Source: Rhizodiscina lignyota
Lineage: Eukaryota
Direction of reading: 5' to 3'
DNA length: 64,000 bases
Assembly: GCA_010015805.1 (NCBI GenBank)
Contig: ML978121.1
Coordinates: 2,666,001-2,730,000 of the forward strand
The notes under the pieces are model-generated. The model did not search any database. It was not told where the DNA came from and worked only from the letters and a program-made list of their open reading frames with translations. Position numbers and translations under genes: made by a program. Below, piece after piece: positions 24,576 to 36,661 of this stretch. Position 1 is the stretch's first letter. Each line of letters starts with the position of its first letter.

Positions 24576-25379
24576 TTACAGAAGCATCATCATCGCAGCA
24601 ACAAGGCAGCAGGCGGCCATGCCGCTCTGCAGGCTCATGATGCCGGCGCTGTTGCTCTGCTCGGACTGGCTAGTCTCCTGGCTGAAGCCATTGTCAGTTC
24701 CGCTGGGCGAGCTGATGGTAGCAGATGAATTGCTCTTGGCGCTGCCGGTAGGAATCGCCGCCGTCGTAGCGGCGCTCTGAGAGCCAGATTCTGCGCCTGC
24801 AACGACACTTGCAGCGGATTTCTGCGAGGTGACAACGGCTGGCTGGCTGGTCACGACTTTTGGAGCGCCCGTGATCACGCCAAGCGAATTGGTCATGGTG
24901 GTGAAGGAGGTGAAGCCGTTGGTGTAGGGTGTGCTGGCATCCCATGTCTCACTGTCCGTCAATGAGGGTGCAGCAGTTGCGGAGGCAGCCGCAGCGCCGC
25001 CAGCAGTCGAGCCACCGGCGATAATGGCGCCAGATGGGCAGGGGTTCGACCATTGCTCGCAGCCAGCAGGGTATGTGACATGCTGGAGCCAATCATCACC
25101 TGATCCTGAGCCTGAGGCGGCAGAAGCATCTCCAGAGGCAGCAGGGGAGACAACGGGGGCAGCGGTCGTTGCAACAGCAGTGGTGGCAGCCCAGGTATCA
25201 ACAGAAGCGTCGGTTGCTGAGGCGCCCCATGCGTCTGCACCAGCATCGGCGGACGAAGGTGCCCAAGCGCCGGAGTCGCCAGAATCGGCTAGTTGTGGCT
25301 GAGCGAATGGGTTTGGCAGGGCGATGGCAGAGGCGAGGATGGGGAGAGTGAGGGAGATGATCTGGAGAGAGGAGTGCAT
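24576..25379 (-). CDS. secreted GPI-anchored Ala/Ser/Thr-rich protein
   Basis: Signal peptide, CEQWSNPC motif, TTMTNSLGVITGAP motif, NSAG omega-like site and hydrophobic tail; TATA-like TATATA near 25670. Confidence 0.85.
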   Translation of the reverse strand: MHSSLQIISLTLPILASAIALPNPFAQPQLADSGDSGAWAPSSADAGADAWGASATDASVDTWAATTAVATTAAPVVSPAASGDASAASGSGSGDDWLQHVTYPAGCEQWSNPCPSGAIIAGGSTAGGAAAASATAAPSLTDSETWDASTPYTNGFTSFTTMTNSLGVITGAPKVVTSQPAVVTSQKSAASVVAGAESGSQSAATTAAIPTGSAKSNSSATISSPSGTDNGFSQETSQSEQSNSAGIMSLQSGMAACCLVAAMMMLL

Positions 25380-26271
25380 CTTGAATGTGGTTGTGGTTTG
25401 GGTGGTGATGTTCGGTGTAGGTGATTCGGATGGGGGTCGCAGTTAAGCGGGTGCTGCGAAGCTGTAGAGGGGCTTGATAGAGGGTGTGAAGATGCGATTG
25501 ATGTTGATGAGCGATGGAGAGTTCGATATCGAGGAGATCAGAGAAGCGAGCAGTCACTCAGTCAGTTGAGGTCGAAGCTTGGTTCGAATTGCTGATGCTT
25601 GATTGTGGAGAAGATTGGATTGCTGTGTTGGTTGATGTCGAGAAAACGAGGGCAAGACGAAAGGAATATATACTCGTCAGACCAGCCATGTTTGTTTCAT
25701 TATTTCCCACCTGTTGCTGGGGAGAGGTTGGTGTTTATTGTGGCGCCGTGGCTAGTGCGCTAGTACGCAACGGGGTGGCGGGGAAGGCTTGGCCAGGGGT
25801 GCACGTGCAATCGCTTGGCCCGCGCCGCACGCGCCGGAGAGCGAGAGCGGCCGGACTCCGGGCGCTAGAGGTGAGTTCAGCCCCTGCCAGCCGCCGCGCC
25901 GGTCGAAACAGGGAAAAAGGGTATGGCCAGGTGCGCTGGCTGGATTGGCACAGTTTCGGAGTATGATGCGCGCTGACTGATGGGCTTAGCAAGTCGCAGC
26001 TAATTGCTTTCGCCGCTCTTTGTATGGCATCTCTGCCCTCCGCACGCTGCCGACGCCTGGCCTAAGCTTATTCAGGCCTGGATACTGGAATACGGTCGCA
26101 GCTGCTCCTTCCACAGCCGCCAAGCGGCGTTCTTGCGGAACGAGGTATTATCAGATTTTCCCGCCCGTTCCCTCGCCTTCATCACCTCTTTCACCGCTCG
26201 CTCCTACCAACCTCTGTATATCTGCTCGCCCTCAATTCCGCCCTATAGATGTGTAGACGATAGCCGGCGGC

Positions 26272-28260
26272 ATGGCGGACTACTTTGACGGGCCTAGCAA
26301 CCCCAACCACCGCGACGACACAGACGCGACCGCTCTGCGGACAATAGAGACTACCCAATCAGTGCCTCCGGTGCTGCTCTCTGCGCAAACTACTACCAAT
26401 GCCCCGCAGGATGGCAACCGACTTTCGGTCCCTTCCTCGGGCCTCCGACGAAACAGAAGCTCGAGCATTCGGATAAGAAGACTACCTTCCAATATCAATC
26501 GACAATCAAATACCATACCAGAGATACAACTTGCTGCCGAGCCCGGAGTCACTACCCAAGACTATGCTCACCAACCACCTACACCACAACAATATGAAGA
26601 ACAGACTGGAAGACGGCGGAGTATGTCTGCTCCGGAGAGAAGAGAAGATGTTTTGGCAGCAGCGGCAGCAGAGTCGAGCTCGAGACCGGCGTCTCGGTTC
26701 ATGCCAATAATTCCAGAAGGACAGACACCTCAGCCTCCCTCCACCGCGCCTGATCAGACTGCATCCGGTCGTCCTGTGCGACCACCGATCTTTGGTCGTC
26801 TACGCAGCGGCTACAATAGGAGCATGGAATTTGGTTCGCAGAAGCAGAAGCAGCGTCGTTCCAGTGCCGCCAGCGAATACGAAGGCGACCACGAGTACGA
26901 CGATGAAGTCGCGAACCTCCTGGATGTCGTCGATCCCGAAGTCTCCACCCTATCAACCCTCACAAATATTCAGAATTCCCTCTTCATTCCAGATCTGGGT
27001 CGTTTCAGCTTCGTCAACCGAAGGCCAACCTACGACCTCACAGCACACCCTTCATCTGAGTCGGTTGACTCGGATACCACAGATGAGTACATCAAAGAGG
27101 CGCAGGAAGTTGCACGAGGCGAGCAGCCCGGTCTTGAGCGTGAAGGGACCCTCGAGGAAGAAGACGCCACGGTACAACGTCCGATGCCGAGGAGTAGAGT
27201 GGGTAGCATAACATCGCAGCTCAGCGAGTCTCGATATGCTGTCTTGCCTCACGGCGTCCATCTTGACGGCTGGACAAAAGAGGATAAGGAATCACTTAAC
27301 GATCATGTCCGACACATGCTGCACTCCCGCCGCAGCAAACTAAAGCGATCCTGGAAAGGCTTCCTGAAATACGTCAGTCGGCCTTTGGGTTTCTTCGTTA
27401 CTCTCTACGCGTTTTGCATCACCATCTTCGGTCTTATCTGGGTTTTGTTCCTCATTGGATGGATTTCTGGTGGCTCCGATGCTCGTCACAAGTACCTCAT
27501 TAATGTCATCGACAACGTCCTTGTCGCACTCTTTGCGATTATGGGTGATGGTCTCGCCCCATTTCGCACCATTGACACGTACCACATGATCTTCATCGCG
27601 CACTACGCCCGTCTGACGTGGAAGAAGCGGAAAGAAGAACGCCTACCAAAACTCGAAAACCGGAATGACCTGCCTACGGTAACAGGCTTCGACGTTGAGA
27701 ATCCGGAAGACAAAGAGCAAGAGTTGAGCGTCTTGACTCCAAAGCAGCAACGTCGGCTTGCCCACCATCAGAAGAAGTTCGCAAGGAGTCATACGTATTA
27801 CAAGCCTCACGAGACAACTACACACTATGCTTTCTCCATCCGCCTCCTCATTACAATCACAATTTTGTTGGATTGCCATTCGCTTCTTCAAATCTCACTG
27901 GGTGCCTGCACATGGGGCTGGAATTGGCATACTCGTCCAGCTGTCGTGACTACGGTCATTCTTATCTGCTCCATCACGTGCAACATCACCGGGGGCGTAT
28001 TAATCTCTGTCGGCGACAAAAGGTCAAGGAAGACCGAGGTGGTCGAACAGATGTTCAGGCAGCAGCTCACGGAAGAAGCAATCAAGAAGGTTGCCCGACA
28101 TAAGCGTGAAAGAGCGCGAAGGGAGCAAGAAGAGAAGGAAAAGTGGCTGCGAGAGAATGAGGTTCCGGAACCTGAGTTTACAGAAAACGAGTTTAGAGAA
28201 ACCGAGCCGCCGTCTAAGGAGATGGACATTGGGCAGAGCAGAGCTTACGAGGGCACGTAA
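26272..28260 (+). CDS. integral membrane protein, DUF2985-like, with long disordered N-terminus
   Basis: 662-aa ORF; about 4 hydrophobic segments; DVVDPEVSTLSTLTN.QNSLF, VALFAIMGDGLAPFR and YYKPHETTTH blocks. Confidence 0.85.
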   Translation: MADYFDGPSNPNHRDDTDATALRTIETTQSVPPVLLSAQTTTNAPQDGNRLSVPSSGLRRNRSSSIRIRRLPSNINRQSNTIPEIQLAAEPGVTTQDYAHQPPTPQQYEEQTGRRRSMSAPERREDVLAAAAAESSSRPASRFMPIIPEGQTPQPPSTAPDQTASGRPVRPPIFGRLRSGYNRSMEFGSQKQKQRRSSAASEYEGDHEYDDEVANLLDVVDPEVSTLSTLTNIQNSLFIPDLGRFSFVNRRPTYDLTAHPSSESVDSDTTDEYIKEAQEVARGEQPGLEREGTLEEEDATVQRPMPRSRVGSITSQLSESRYAVLPHGVHLDGWTKEDKESLNDHVRHMLHSRRSKLKRSWKGFLKYVSRPLGFFVTLYAFCITIFGLIWVLFLIGWISGGSDARHKYLINVIDNVLVALFAIMGDGLAPFRTIDTYHMIFIAHYARLTWKKRKEERLPKLENRNDLPTVTGFDVENPEDKEQELSVLTPKQQRRLAHHQKKFARSHTYYKPHETTTHYAFSIRLLITITILLDCHSLLQISLGACTWGWNWHTRPAVVTTVILICSITCNITGGVLISVGDKRSRKTEVVEQMFRQQLTEEAIKKVARHKRERARREQEEKEKWLRENEVPEPEFTENEFRETEPPSKEMDIGQSRAYEGT

Positions 28261-28550
28261 TTTGTCACATGCAATTCGATATTCGTATTGGTAATCATAA
28301 AGTCAGCGAGGCGTTGGAGTTCGTGTGTACGCTCATCCGGATATGTGTAACCAGTTTTGGATACCGCGGCAAGGGCAACGCTATCAATTTTGCTCCCAAT
28401 CTATGAACCAGCTTTAAGATACATTGATTAGGCTAATACGCAAAAGCTTTTTTCAATCCGCTCAAATAGACAATCTCGACTTGAGTCGTCTTTCCATCCA
28501 GCCTATGACTCATGGTCTTTGTAAGACCTTACCATCCGTCACTTCGCTTC

Positions 28551-30600
28551 CTACAATTCGTTGTGTATCGGCTTCTGGTGATCGTGCTCGGGCTCAAAAA
28601 TCCACTGTCCCTTCTCTTCACTCCACTGCTCCATCCTCGAACCCGGCTCGCCTGCTTTTATAATATCGTCCGCAATCTTTTCCGCGAGCATATACACCGT
28701 CGCCATCGGGTGACCCGGAGGTAAGAAGGGCATGATGCTCGCGTCCACTACTCTCAGCCCCTTCACACCATACACTCTAGCCTTTGTATCCACGACGCCC
28801 ATCCGATCGCCGCTCTCATCCCCGGGCGCCTTGCCCATCTTGCAGGTCGAGCTCGCGTGAAACACAGTCGCAAGCCCCTTCCGCGCCATCGCCAAGATGT
28901 CCTCGTCGCTCTGCACGTGCTTGCCCGGATAGTACTCCTCACCGTCCAGGATGCTCAGCTTATTCCAGATCTCGCGCGCGCGTCTGAACACCGCCACTAT
29001 CATCTCCTTGTCCACGGCATGCGTCAGCCAGTTCGGATTGATGAGCGGAGGCTCCGCCGCGTCGGCGGAGGCGATGGAGATGTTGCCGCGCGACATGGGC
29101 GCCACGAGGATGCCCATCATCGACCCGTAGTTCTTGCCATCAAAGGGGTCGAGTACGGTACCGGTGTAGTCGCCGAGGTAGGCGGATAGTGCGATGTGTT
29201 CGAGGTGCGGCCAATCTGAGGGGAACTCCTCGTCGAGGATCTTGCGGGTCTCCTTAGAGGCGGTGGATGGGTATCTCTCCCATGCCCACGGGCCCGAGGG
29301 CGAGGATAGCGGACCGGAAGCGTTGGCGAGGAATTGCTCGTTCGAACGGTAGTAATATTCCGGGTCGAGGAAGAGGCGGGACACAGTAGGCACTGTGACG
29401 GGGAAGGCGGGCGCGACGAAGGGGTGGTCTTGCATGTTTTGGCCTACACCGGGTAGATCGACGAGCACGTCGATGCCTAAGGGGTCGAGGATGCGGCGCG
29501 GGCCAATGCCAGAGACCATGAGCATTTGTGGCGACTGGAATGTGCCGGCTGAGAGAATGACTTCCTTGTTCGCGAAGAGGGTGTACGGTATTCCTACCGT
29601 CTCAACCTTGACTGCGTGTGCGGCCTTGTCTTCTGTGAATAGTATTTGTTTAGCCAGTGTGCGGTGATAGATCTTCAGGTCTGTTTCCTCCATTGCGTTT
29701 TTCAGATAGCTGGTGTAGCTGCTGCTACGTGTGCCATCATGAGGGTTGATGGCAAACGTCGCATAGCCGAAACCAAGGAGATTACCACCACTGAAGCCTC
29801 CCTTGTTCTCTTTCATGCCCAGTTTCTCATAGACATCTATCGTGTTCGCACCGAGTGGCTCGACATAATTGGGCCAAGAGACGTGGACGGGCCCTTTGCC
29901 GAAGTGGGAGAGGTCAGCTGCTACTTTTCTGAATTCCGTGCTGCGCTTCGAGTAGTCTGGAGCTGTAATTTGTGTTGAGCGCTCGAAATACGGCAGGACG
30001 CCGTCCCATGTATAGCTCTCATCACCAACTTCATCCGCCCATTTCTTGAAGGACCCTTTAGTCGGACTGCAGGTAACCGATTAGTCAGAACTATTTGAGT
30101 TGGAAGAAGAAGAAAAGGGTGTGGTACCGATGGTAAGCCATATAGTTCCTCGCAGAGCATCCTCCAAGAGTCTTGCCACGAGCATATCGGAAGACTCTGT
30201 TGTCAGCACCCTATGCTCACTCATCAGCCAAGTGTCTTGGAAAATGTATTCTTGTGAAGTTGTGCGTCCTCACCGCCTGTGGAATTGTACTGAAGTCCCA
30301 GTCAATCAAAGGAGCTTTGATTTCGAGCGAAGTGCCTGTATGCTGTCCACCAGCAAGACCCGCTACCACGGATCCATTGCCATTGTCCATATCATAGAAT
30401 CCACCGGCTTCGATCAACGCGACGCTGTAGTGCTCGGCCAGCCGTGAAGCAATGGCCACACCGCCGTTTCCCCCGCCCACGACGACATAGTCAAAGGTTG
30501 CGTTTACGAATGGAAGGCCAAAGGAGTTACTGAAGAGTCGAGCATCAACAGCGCTGGAATAGAACAAATATAGACTCAGGAAAGGTAAAGACGGCCACAT
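28551..30600 (-). CDS. GMC (glucose-methanol-choline) oxidoreductase with signal peptide, 3 exons
   Basis: Introns 30211-30273 and 30067-30127; DYVVVGGGNGG, RGKTLGGCSARNYMAY, EVILSAG..SPQMLMVSGIG, GVGQNMQDH, VFHASSTC, GLRVVDAS, PGHP. Confidence 0.95.
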
Positions 30601-32005
30601 TGCGAACAAGATTTGTGTGGAGCAAAATCAAATAACATCCCTCAGCGGCTACCATACTTCAGAACAAGAGCACTGCCCTCTTATAAGATGTTTCAATCGA
30701 CTGCCCGAGTATGCAGTACGTTCATCGAAACGTAGCTAGTCAGCAGCCATTGATGCAGGGACCACGTAGTATACCATATTAGGTCCGTACGCGGACTTAA
30801 GGCAACGGACGACCAGTGGGTTCTGGGCGAGGAAGCGATAGGCGGAACTGGTGTCAGTCTTTTCTTAATGCTCAATATAGCTTAGCTTGACTCTATGTGT
30901 TTCCCCGCTGGGCTTACACAGGGCGCAGAAACAGCTACTGTTGACAACAGGAGTAAAACTCGGCGGCGGCGCTTACGCGACGCTAATTGAAACAAATCGC
31001 GGCTGCATTATTACACACTGTAGAAGCAGTTAAAGTTGAATGCTCCGGTGATATGGATGACTGTCGCGTAACCCTTTCCACATGGGACCGTATGTCCTCC
31101 TGGCTGACAAAGATATGAATAAAAATAAGAACTAGCACTATCCGTTCAAGGCCGCCTGAATTCCTAATGGAGAGCTTGGTAGCACACATGCCCTACCAAA
31201 AAAGTAAGCGGTAAGCTGGTTGGCTTTTGATTTGACGAGGTTATACAATTCGTCCGACCGCCTATTTTGCGAGATCCCGCGGGTTTGCCATTCATTCTTC
31301 CTTCTATTCGCCCAAACAATTCGTCCATGAGGCCGATGTGTCCACGTTCTCAGATTCATCAAAGCGTGCCCACTGCTACTCCAGGTTCTTATTCAGAAAT
31401 GAACAGACGTAGGGAGCGTTTGCAATATTGTAGAAAAGTTGATGGCGCGCCAACAGTTGCGGCATCGCCTCGGCGGCCTAACATCCCATCCGATTCGGGC
31501 ACGGACAAAAACATTGCGATAAATTGGTAATGCTCGCACTTGGAAGGGACTGAAGAAACCAGAGGAAATTTCAGAACGCGGAACCAGGTTGTAACGATTT
31601 GAAGACGGAAATGAGTAGATAAACCGGAAATACAGGTAAGCACTGGATGAAGTTGTCGAAGCGATTGCACCGAAGGACCGGTTGATCTGAAATGTACGGC
31701 ATTCCTCGGTGCTCCGAAGGCCACGGTGGCAATGTCACTGATGTAGTTCCGCTACATCTTCCGGTACACATTCCGATAGCATGGAGGGAGTTGTCTCAGT
31801 GTGCGGTGCGGTGAAGGAAGAAGAGGTGGAAGGAAAGTGTGGTTAAGGTAGCGGAGTGGTGGTCTCTAGGCTAACCCCACGACCTCGGCGAATAAGCTAT
31901 TACGCGTGACGACGCGTCAACGCCCCACCAACCCGCGTCTAATACCGCTAATGGACATTCTGAACAATGATATGAACAGCATGTAACACTCTTCTGCCGT
32001 TTCGA

Positions 32006-34012
32006 ATGTCCTCTTCCCAGCCTTTCCTCTCCTCGCCCCTCGCGACGACTCCCTCGCGCCGCCGAAAGTCGCAGTTCACCTTCAAACAGCTCCATCAGCT
32101 GTCCCTATCCTCGACAGCCACTCCTCTCCGCGTGATTGCGCATATAGACCTCGATGCTTTCTATGCCCAATGCGAACAGATTCGCCTGAATCTCCCAGAC
32201 ACAACGCCAGTCGCGGTCCAGCAATGGCAGGCATTGATAGCGATCAATTATCCTGCCCGCAAGTTTGGATTAAGCAGACATATTACTGCTTCGGAAGCAA
32301 AAAAGCTGTGTCCAGAACTTGTTTGTCAACATGTCGCGACGTGGAAGGAAGGTGACGAGAAATGGGCGTACCATGAGGACGCGTACAAGCATATAGGGAC
32401 GTATAAAGTGAGCTTGGATCCGTACAGGATGGAGAGTAAAAAGATCCTAGCCTGTATCAAAGAAACATTACCAGAGAAGCTTCAGCGAGTTGAAAAAGCG
32501 AGCGTCGATGAAGTTTTCTTGGATTTGTCGGCTCAAATACACTCGATATTGCTAGAACGCTATCCGCAGCTTCAGGGACCTCCGCCGTACGATGATCCAA
32601 CGGAGAACTTACCCACACCGCCATCTTCTGCGCTAGATTGGAGTGCGGATTCGCTTGTAGACTTGGATGAGAAGGAGACGGAGGATGATGATCCTGATTG
32701 GGACGACGTCGCGATGCTCATCGGTTCGGAGATTGTGCGCGAAGTTCGCGCCGCCGTACGCGAAAAGTTAAAGTATACATGCTCCGCCGGCATTGCGCGA
32801 AACAAAATGCTCTCCAAATTAGGATCAGGACACAATAAGCCAAATGGACAGACCGTAGTGCGCAACCGTGCTATACAACAATTCCTCTCTAGTTTCAAAT
32901 TCACCAAGATTCGCAACTTGGGCGGGAAGCTGGGTGATGAAGTGGTCGCTGGCTTCAACACAGATACAGTAAAGGAGCTGCTAGATGTTCCACAGGACCA
33001 GTTGCAAAAGCGGTTAGGCGATGATACAGGAAGCTGGCTTTATCAGACCATCAGAGGAGAGGACCATAGCGAGGTCAATCCTCGAACACAGATTAAGAGT
33101 ATGCTCAGTGCCAAATCATTTCGTCCAAGCATCAATACCTTCGAGCAAGGTGTGCGATGGCTCCGAATCTTTGTCGCGGACATCTTCAGCCGCTGTGTGG
33201 AGGAAGGCGTGCTGGAAAACAAGCGGCGCCCAAAGACGATTAATCTCCACCACCGCCAGGGCGGACAAACCCGCAGTAAGCAGTCGCCGATACCTCAGGG
33301 AAAGACTCTGACTGAGGAGCTGTTGTTCGACTTGGCAAAGAATCTTCTTGCTCAAGTTGTTGTAGATGGAAGAGCTTGGCCTTGTGCGAATCTCTCGCTC
33401 AGCGTTGGCGGCTTCGAAGATGGCGTCACCGGCAATAAAGGCATTGGGACGTTTTTGGTGCGAGGTGAAGAAGCAAAGGCAATGCTCCAAAACGAACGTG
33501 ACAGGACTCCGATTCTTGAGGATTCTGGTCCCTCTGCTAAAAGGCGCAAGGTCGACGATACCAAATCCGCAACAGGAAGGATCCAAAACTTTTTCATCGG
33601 ACGTGACGAGAGTACGGGGAGTGCAGGGGACAGCGAGCTTGAAGAAAGACTTCCAGGTGTGGAAGATGAACAATCTCTCCCTAACGTTACCCTCGAGCGC
33701 GAAGAACTGGACGAGCCACCCCCGTCCAATCAGAATGGGCCGCCATCCCACCTCCACCAGCAGTCAATTGATCATTATTTCTGCTCTCGTTGCAACGTTC
33801 ACTTACCCGAGTCCGAGCGAGCCGAGCATGAAGACTGGCATTTTGCTAAAGACTTACAAGACGAGGAGCGGAGTGCTGGACGGAGTGAAACAGCGACAAA
33901 TGCCGCTAAACCTCCACCTCAAAAACCTGCGGCAGGAAGAGGGAGACCACCTGGAACGACCGCGAAGAAGACGGAGAAAGGGCAACGAAAGCTCGCATTC
34001 GGACCTCAGTGA
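32006..34012 (+). CDS. RAD30: Y-family DNA polymerase eta
   Basis: HIDLDAFYAQCE, AINYPARKFG, KASVDEVFLD, SAGIARNKMLSKL, KPNGQT; UBZ finger CSRC..HEDWH; PIP-like QNFF; intronless. Confidence 0.95.
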   Translation: MSSSQPFLSSPLATTPSRRRKSQFTFKQLHQLSLSSTATPLRVIAHIDLDAFYAQCEQIRLNLPDTTPVAVQQWQALIAINYPARKFGLSRHITASEAKKLCPELVCQHVATWKEGDEKWAYHEDAYKHIGTYKVSLDPYRMESKKILACIKETLPEKLQRVEKASVDEVFLDLSAQIHSILLERYPQLQGPPPYDDPTENLPTPPSSALDWSADSLVDLDEKETEDDDPDWDDVAMLIGSEIVREVRAAVREKLKYTCSAGIARNKMLSKLGSGHNKPNGQTVVRNRAIQQFLSSFKFTKIRNLGGKLGDEVVAGFNTDTVKELLDVPQDQLQKRLGDDTGSWLYQTIRGEDHSEVNPRTQIKSMLSAKSFRPSINTFEQGVRWLRIFVADIFSRCVEEGVLENKRRPKTINLHHRQGGQTRSKQSPIPQGKTLTEELLFDLAKNLLAQVVVDGRAWPCANLSLSVGGFEDGVTGNKGIGTFLVRGEEAKAMLQNERDRTPILEDSGPSAKRRKVDDTKSATGRIQNFFIGRDESTGSAGDSELEERLPGVEDEQSLPNVTLEREELDEPPPSNQNGPPSHLHQQSIDHYFCSRCNVHLPESERAEHEDWHFAKDLQDEERSAGRSETATNAAKPPPQKPAAGRGRPPGTTAKKTEKGQRKLAFGPQ

Positions 34013-34551
34013 TCTTGGGCCTGGCTCTTTGGGTGCGTGAAATTATTCTGTTGTTTTTGGTTCGTAGCGGGTTTGAATAGCGATGAGATACCCCATGACG
34101 GCATCGGACCTCACGACGACCTATGAATAACGACGGAATAGACAACAATAAAGAGCATTGAACCAATAATGAAAATTACATTCAAGGGTTAATTTCTGAG
34201 TACTTCATGGTGCTTCCGTTCAATTTGCACTTCATACGGTTCGTGCAAAAGGTGCGAACCAATAAAAGAGCTGCAGAGCATGATTGAATCATCTTTTGCT
34301 CTACCTGCTTGCTTACAGGTTAGATATACCAACCGAAACATGATAAACACTTAATCAGTGGGTGAGCATCAATAAAATAGCTCCAGGACACAATTGGATG
34401 ACTTCTCCAGCAAGCAGCTACACTGGGCAAGAAATGGATAACCGAACATGCAACAAACGCTCTACGAACGTGTGAGGACAAATAAAATAGTCCTGATTGA
34501 ACTTAGTATTGTAGTCGTCGTCGGGACCAGCTACTTGTTACCCTCGAGAAT

Positions 34552-35922
34552 CTACGTGGACGCCAAATTTACTCTAAAAATCCTCTTTGCTGTGTCCAAC
34601 TCTCCCTCTAGGTCCTCTGTCCATATCCACTTGTATATGTCCCCCATCTCCTGCCTCGCCTCAAGATTGTTCTGCACTTCCATCATGATATCCCCTGATC
34701 GTCGGGAGTACTGCACCAGTGTCTGCGTCCGTGGTCTGCGCACCGCATCATACGCCATCAGCAATGCAGGCATCTCATCCGCATCTGTCAATTCGCCGAA
34801 CAGGTTACCAAGGACAAATGCGTCCTCCATAGCCATGCCTGCGCCAGCTCCGGTATGTGGTGTCGATGCGTGTGCAGCGTCGCCCATCAACGCAACCGCC
34901 CCACTCGAATGTACGTAGGGCTCGTTGTGCGGCAGGTGGAACAGCGCCCAGCGATCACAAGGGGAAAACCTCTCCATCAGTTCAAGCGACGGCGGATGCC
35001 AACCTTTCAAATCGTGCATCATCGTCTCTTTCCCTGCCGGAAGCACCCATTGTTCGCTCGGCCAGACAGGCGGTTCACCGCTATTTGGATCCCAGCTTGG
35101 ATCGCGTCTGATAATGATCATATTGTAGAAGGCACCCCCGGAAACGGGATACTGCGCCGAGTAGCCCGTATACGCTGAGTAGAGACTGCCTGTTGTCCCT
35201 AGCTTTTCACCCAGAACTCTCTTCGCTTCTTCCGTAGGCACGAGGCAGCGATAGGCAAAGTCACCGGTATATACGGGCTCGACTTCGCGTCCTGTGCCGC
35301 GCATCACGGCCTTCCTTACGGCGGACTTGATCCCATCACACCCAATAACTACGTCTGCCGTGGCAGTCGTGCCGTCTGCGAAGGAAAGCTTGACCGCTCC
35401 TCCCTCACCACGCTCTTCTGGTGTGACAATCTCGAAATCAACAAATGTCTTCTGGAACGACACATTCTCCATCGGAATCAGCTTCACCATCTCGTCCAGA
35501 AGCTGCGCCCTGTGAACGCAACTTCTCGCTCTCGCATCCAACTTCAAATCCTCTGGATTCGAATAGGGGATCTGGTAGATGACCTCTCCTGGCTTTGCGC
35601 CCTCTGCATTGCCTCGTCCGGGCATGCCATGCCGCACGTTGAACCAGAGGGCCTCCGTTCCTGGAGAGGCATCATATGTCGCGCAGCGCTTGTAAGCTGC
35701 GATCAGTCTCTCGTCTATGAGGCCAATGGCTCGCACGGCGTTGGCGCCAGATGCGACGCCGGCCCCTATTTCAGAGAAGGCGGGCGCTGCTTCCCAGATG
35801 TGCGGGGAAAGATGAGGGTATTTGAGAAGCCCAATGGTAAGTGCCAAGCCACCAATGCCACCGCCGACGACGGCTATGCGAATCTCCTTGGGAGATTTGG
35901 TGCCATTTGTTGAAGAGCTCAT
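34552..35922 (-). CDS. FAD-dependent monooxygenase (salicylate hydroxylase-like, group A)
   Basis: AVVGGGIGG, EIGAG, VHRAQLL, DVVIGCDGIKS, LMGDAAHASTPHTGAGAGMAMED; intronless. Confidence 0.93.
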   Translation of the reverse strand: MSSSTNGTKSPKEIRIAVVGGGIGGLALTIGLLKYPHLSPHIWEAAPAFSEIGAGVASGANAVRAIGLIDERLIAAYKRCATYDASPGTEALWFNVRHGMPGRGNAEGAKPGEVIYQIPYSNPEDLKLDARARSCVHRAQLLDEMVKLIPMENVSFQKTFVDFEIVTPEERGEGGAVKLSFADGTTATADVVIGCDGIKSAVRKAVMRGTGREVEPVYTGDFAYRCLVPTEEAKRVLGEKLGTTGSLYSAYTGYSAQYPVSGGAFYNMIIIRRDPSWDPNSGEPPVWPSEQWVLPAGKETMMHDLKGWHPPSLELMERFSPCDRWALFHLPHNEPYVHSSGAVALMGDAAHASTPHTGAGAGMAMEDAFVLGNLFGELTDADEMPALLMAYDAVRRPRTQTLVQYSRRSGDIMMEVQNNLEARQEMGDIYKWIWTEDLEGELDTAKRIFRVNLAST

Positions 35923-36427
35923 GACGTCCTATACCAGTTTCTCCTTCTCGATTGTTAATAGACTGAAGGGAATACGTTGTAAGAATCTTCTTCTCTAAGA
36001 CCCCTACACTTCTATCATGCCCATATATTATTTGTAAAAGTAAAAAGAGCTGCAGCACGCAACTTCTTCCATTCCTGGGCGGATTTGAGGCAGACATCGA
36101 AGTGCTTTTAAGGTTATTACTCCTTTATGCACGGACACGAAAGTTGGGCGACAGTGGAGACTTCTGAGACACGGCTTGGTCCTTCATGGATCTTTGTCGG
36201 CCAGCGTTGTCAGCGATTTACCGATCTTCATCTTCGGCTTACCCAGCATTCCGTCGCGTCACCATCGCCATGCCGCAATGTCAGCGGTATTTACTTGATC
36301 GCAACAGAGTACAATCAAGCCAATGGAATGCCATGAAGCAATAATTCGACCGTCTAAACGCAAAGAGATGCCGTTTTCGCCTTCATCTTGATAATTTCAA
36401 TCGCCGACTGAAGATGCCCAGCCCGAG

Positions 36428-36661
36428 CACGCGGGTGACAAAATAGTTGAGCCCGATTGACCTGAACGGCTGTAGTAATAATCAGCATTGTTCTTCAGCA
36501 CATACGAGAGCATCTCTAAAACCTCGATTATATAAATACTAGAGTATATTTATTAAAATCGTATAGCTTTAGTATATATAACCTATATTATCTAACGAGG
36601 ATATACATTCTCACGGTTCGATATATTACAGCCTCGACCCAACTATTTTGTCACCCACTTG
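36428..36661. mobile_element. MITE copy 1 (234 bp, non-autonomous TIR element)
   Basis: CACGCGGGTGACAAAATAGTTG ... CAACTATTTTGTCACCCACTTG; AT-rich core; flanked by direct repeat CCCGAG. Confidence 0.85.

Noticed and set aside
33700..34012. Eso1-type fusion of pol eta with an Eco1 acetyltransferase
   Set aside because: The ORF ends shortly after the UBZ finger and has no acetyltransferase domain
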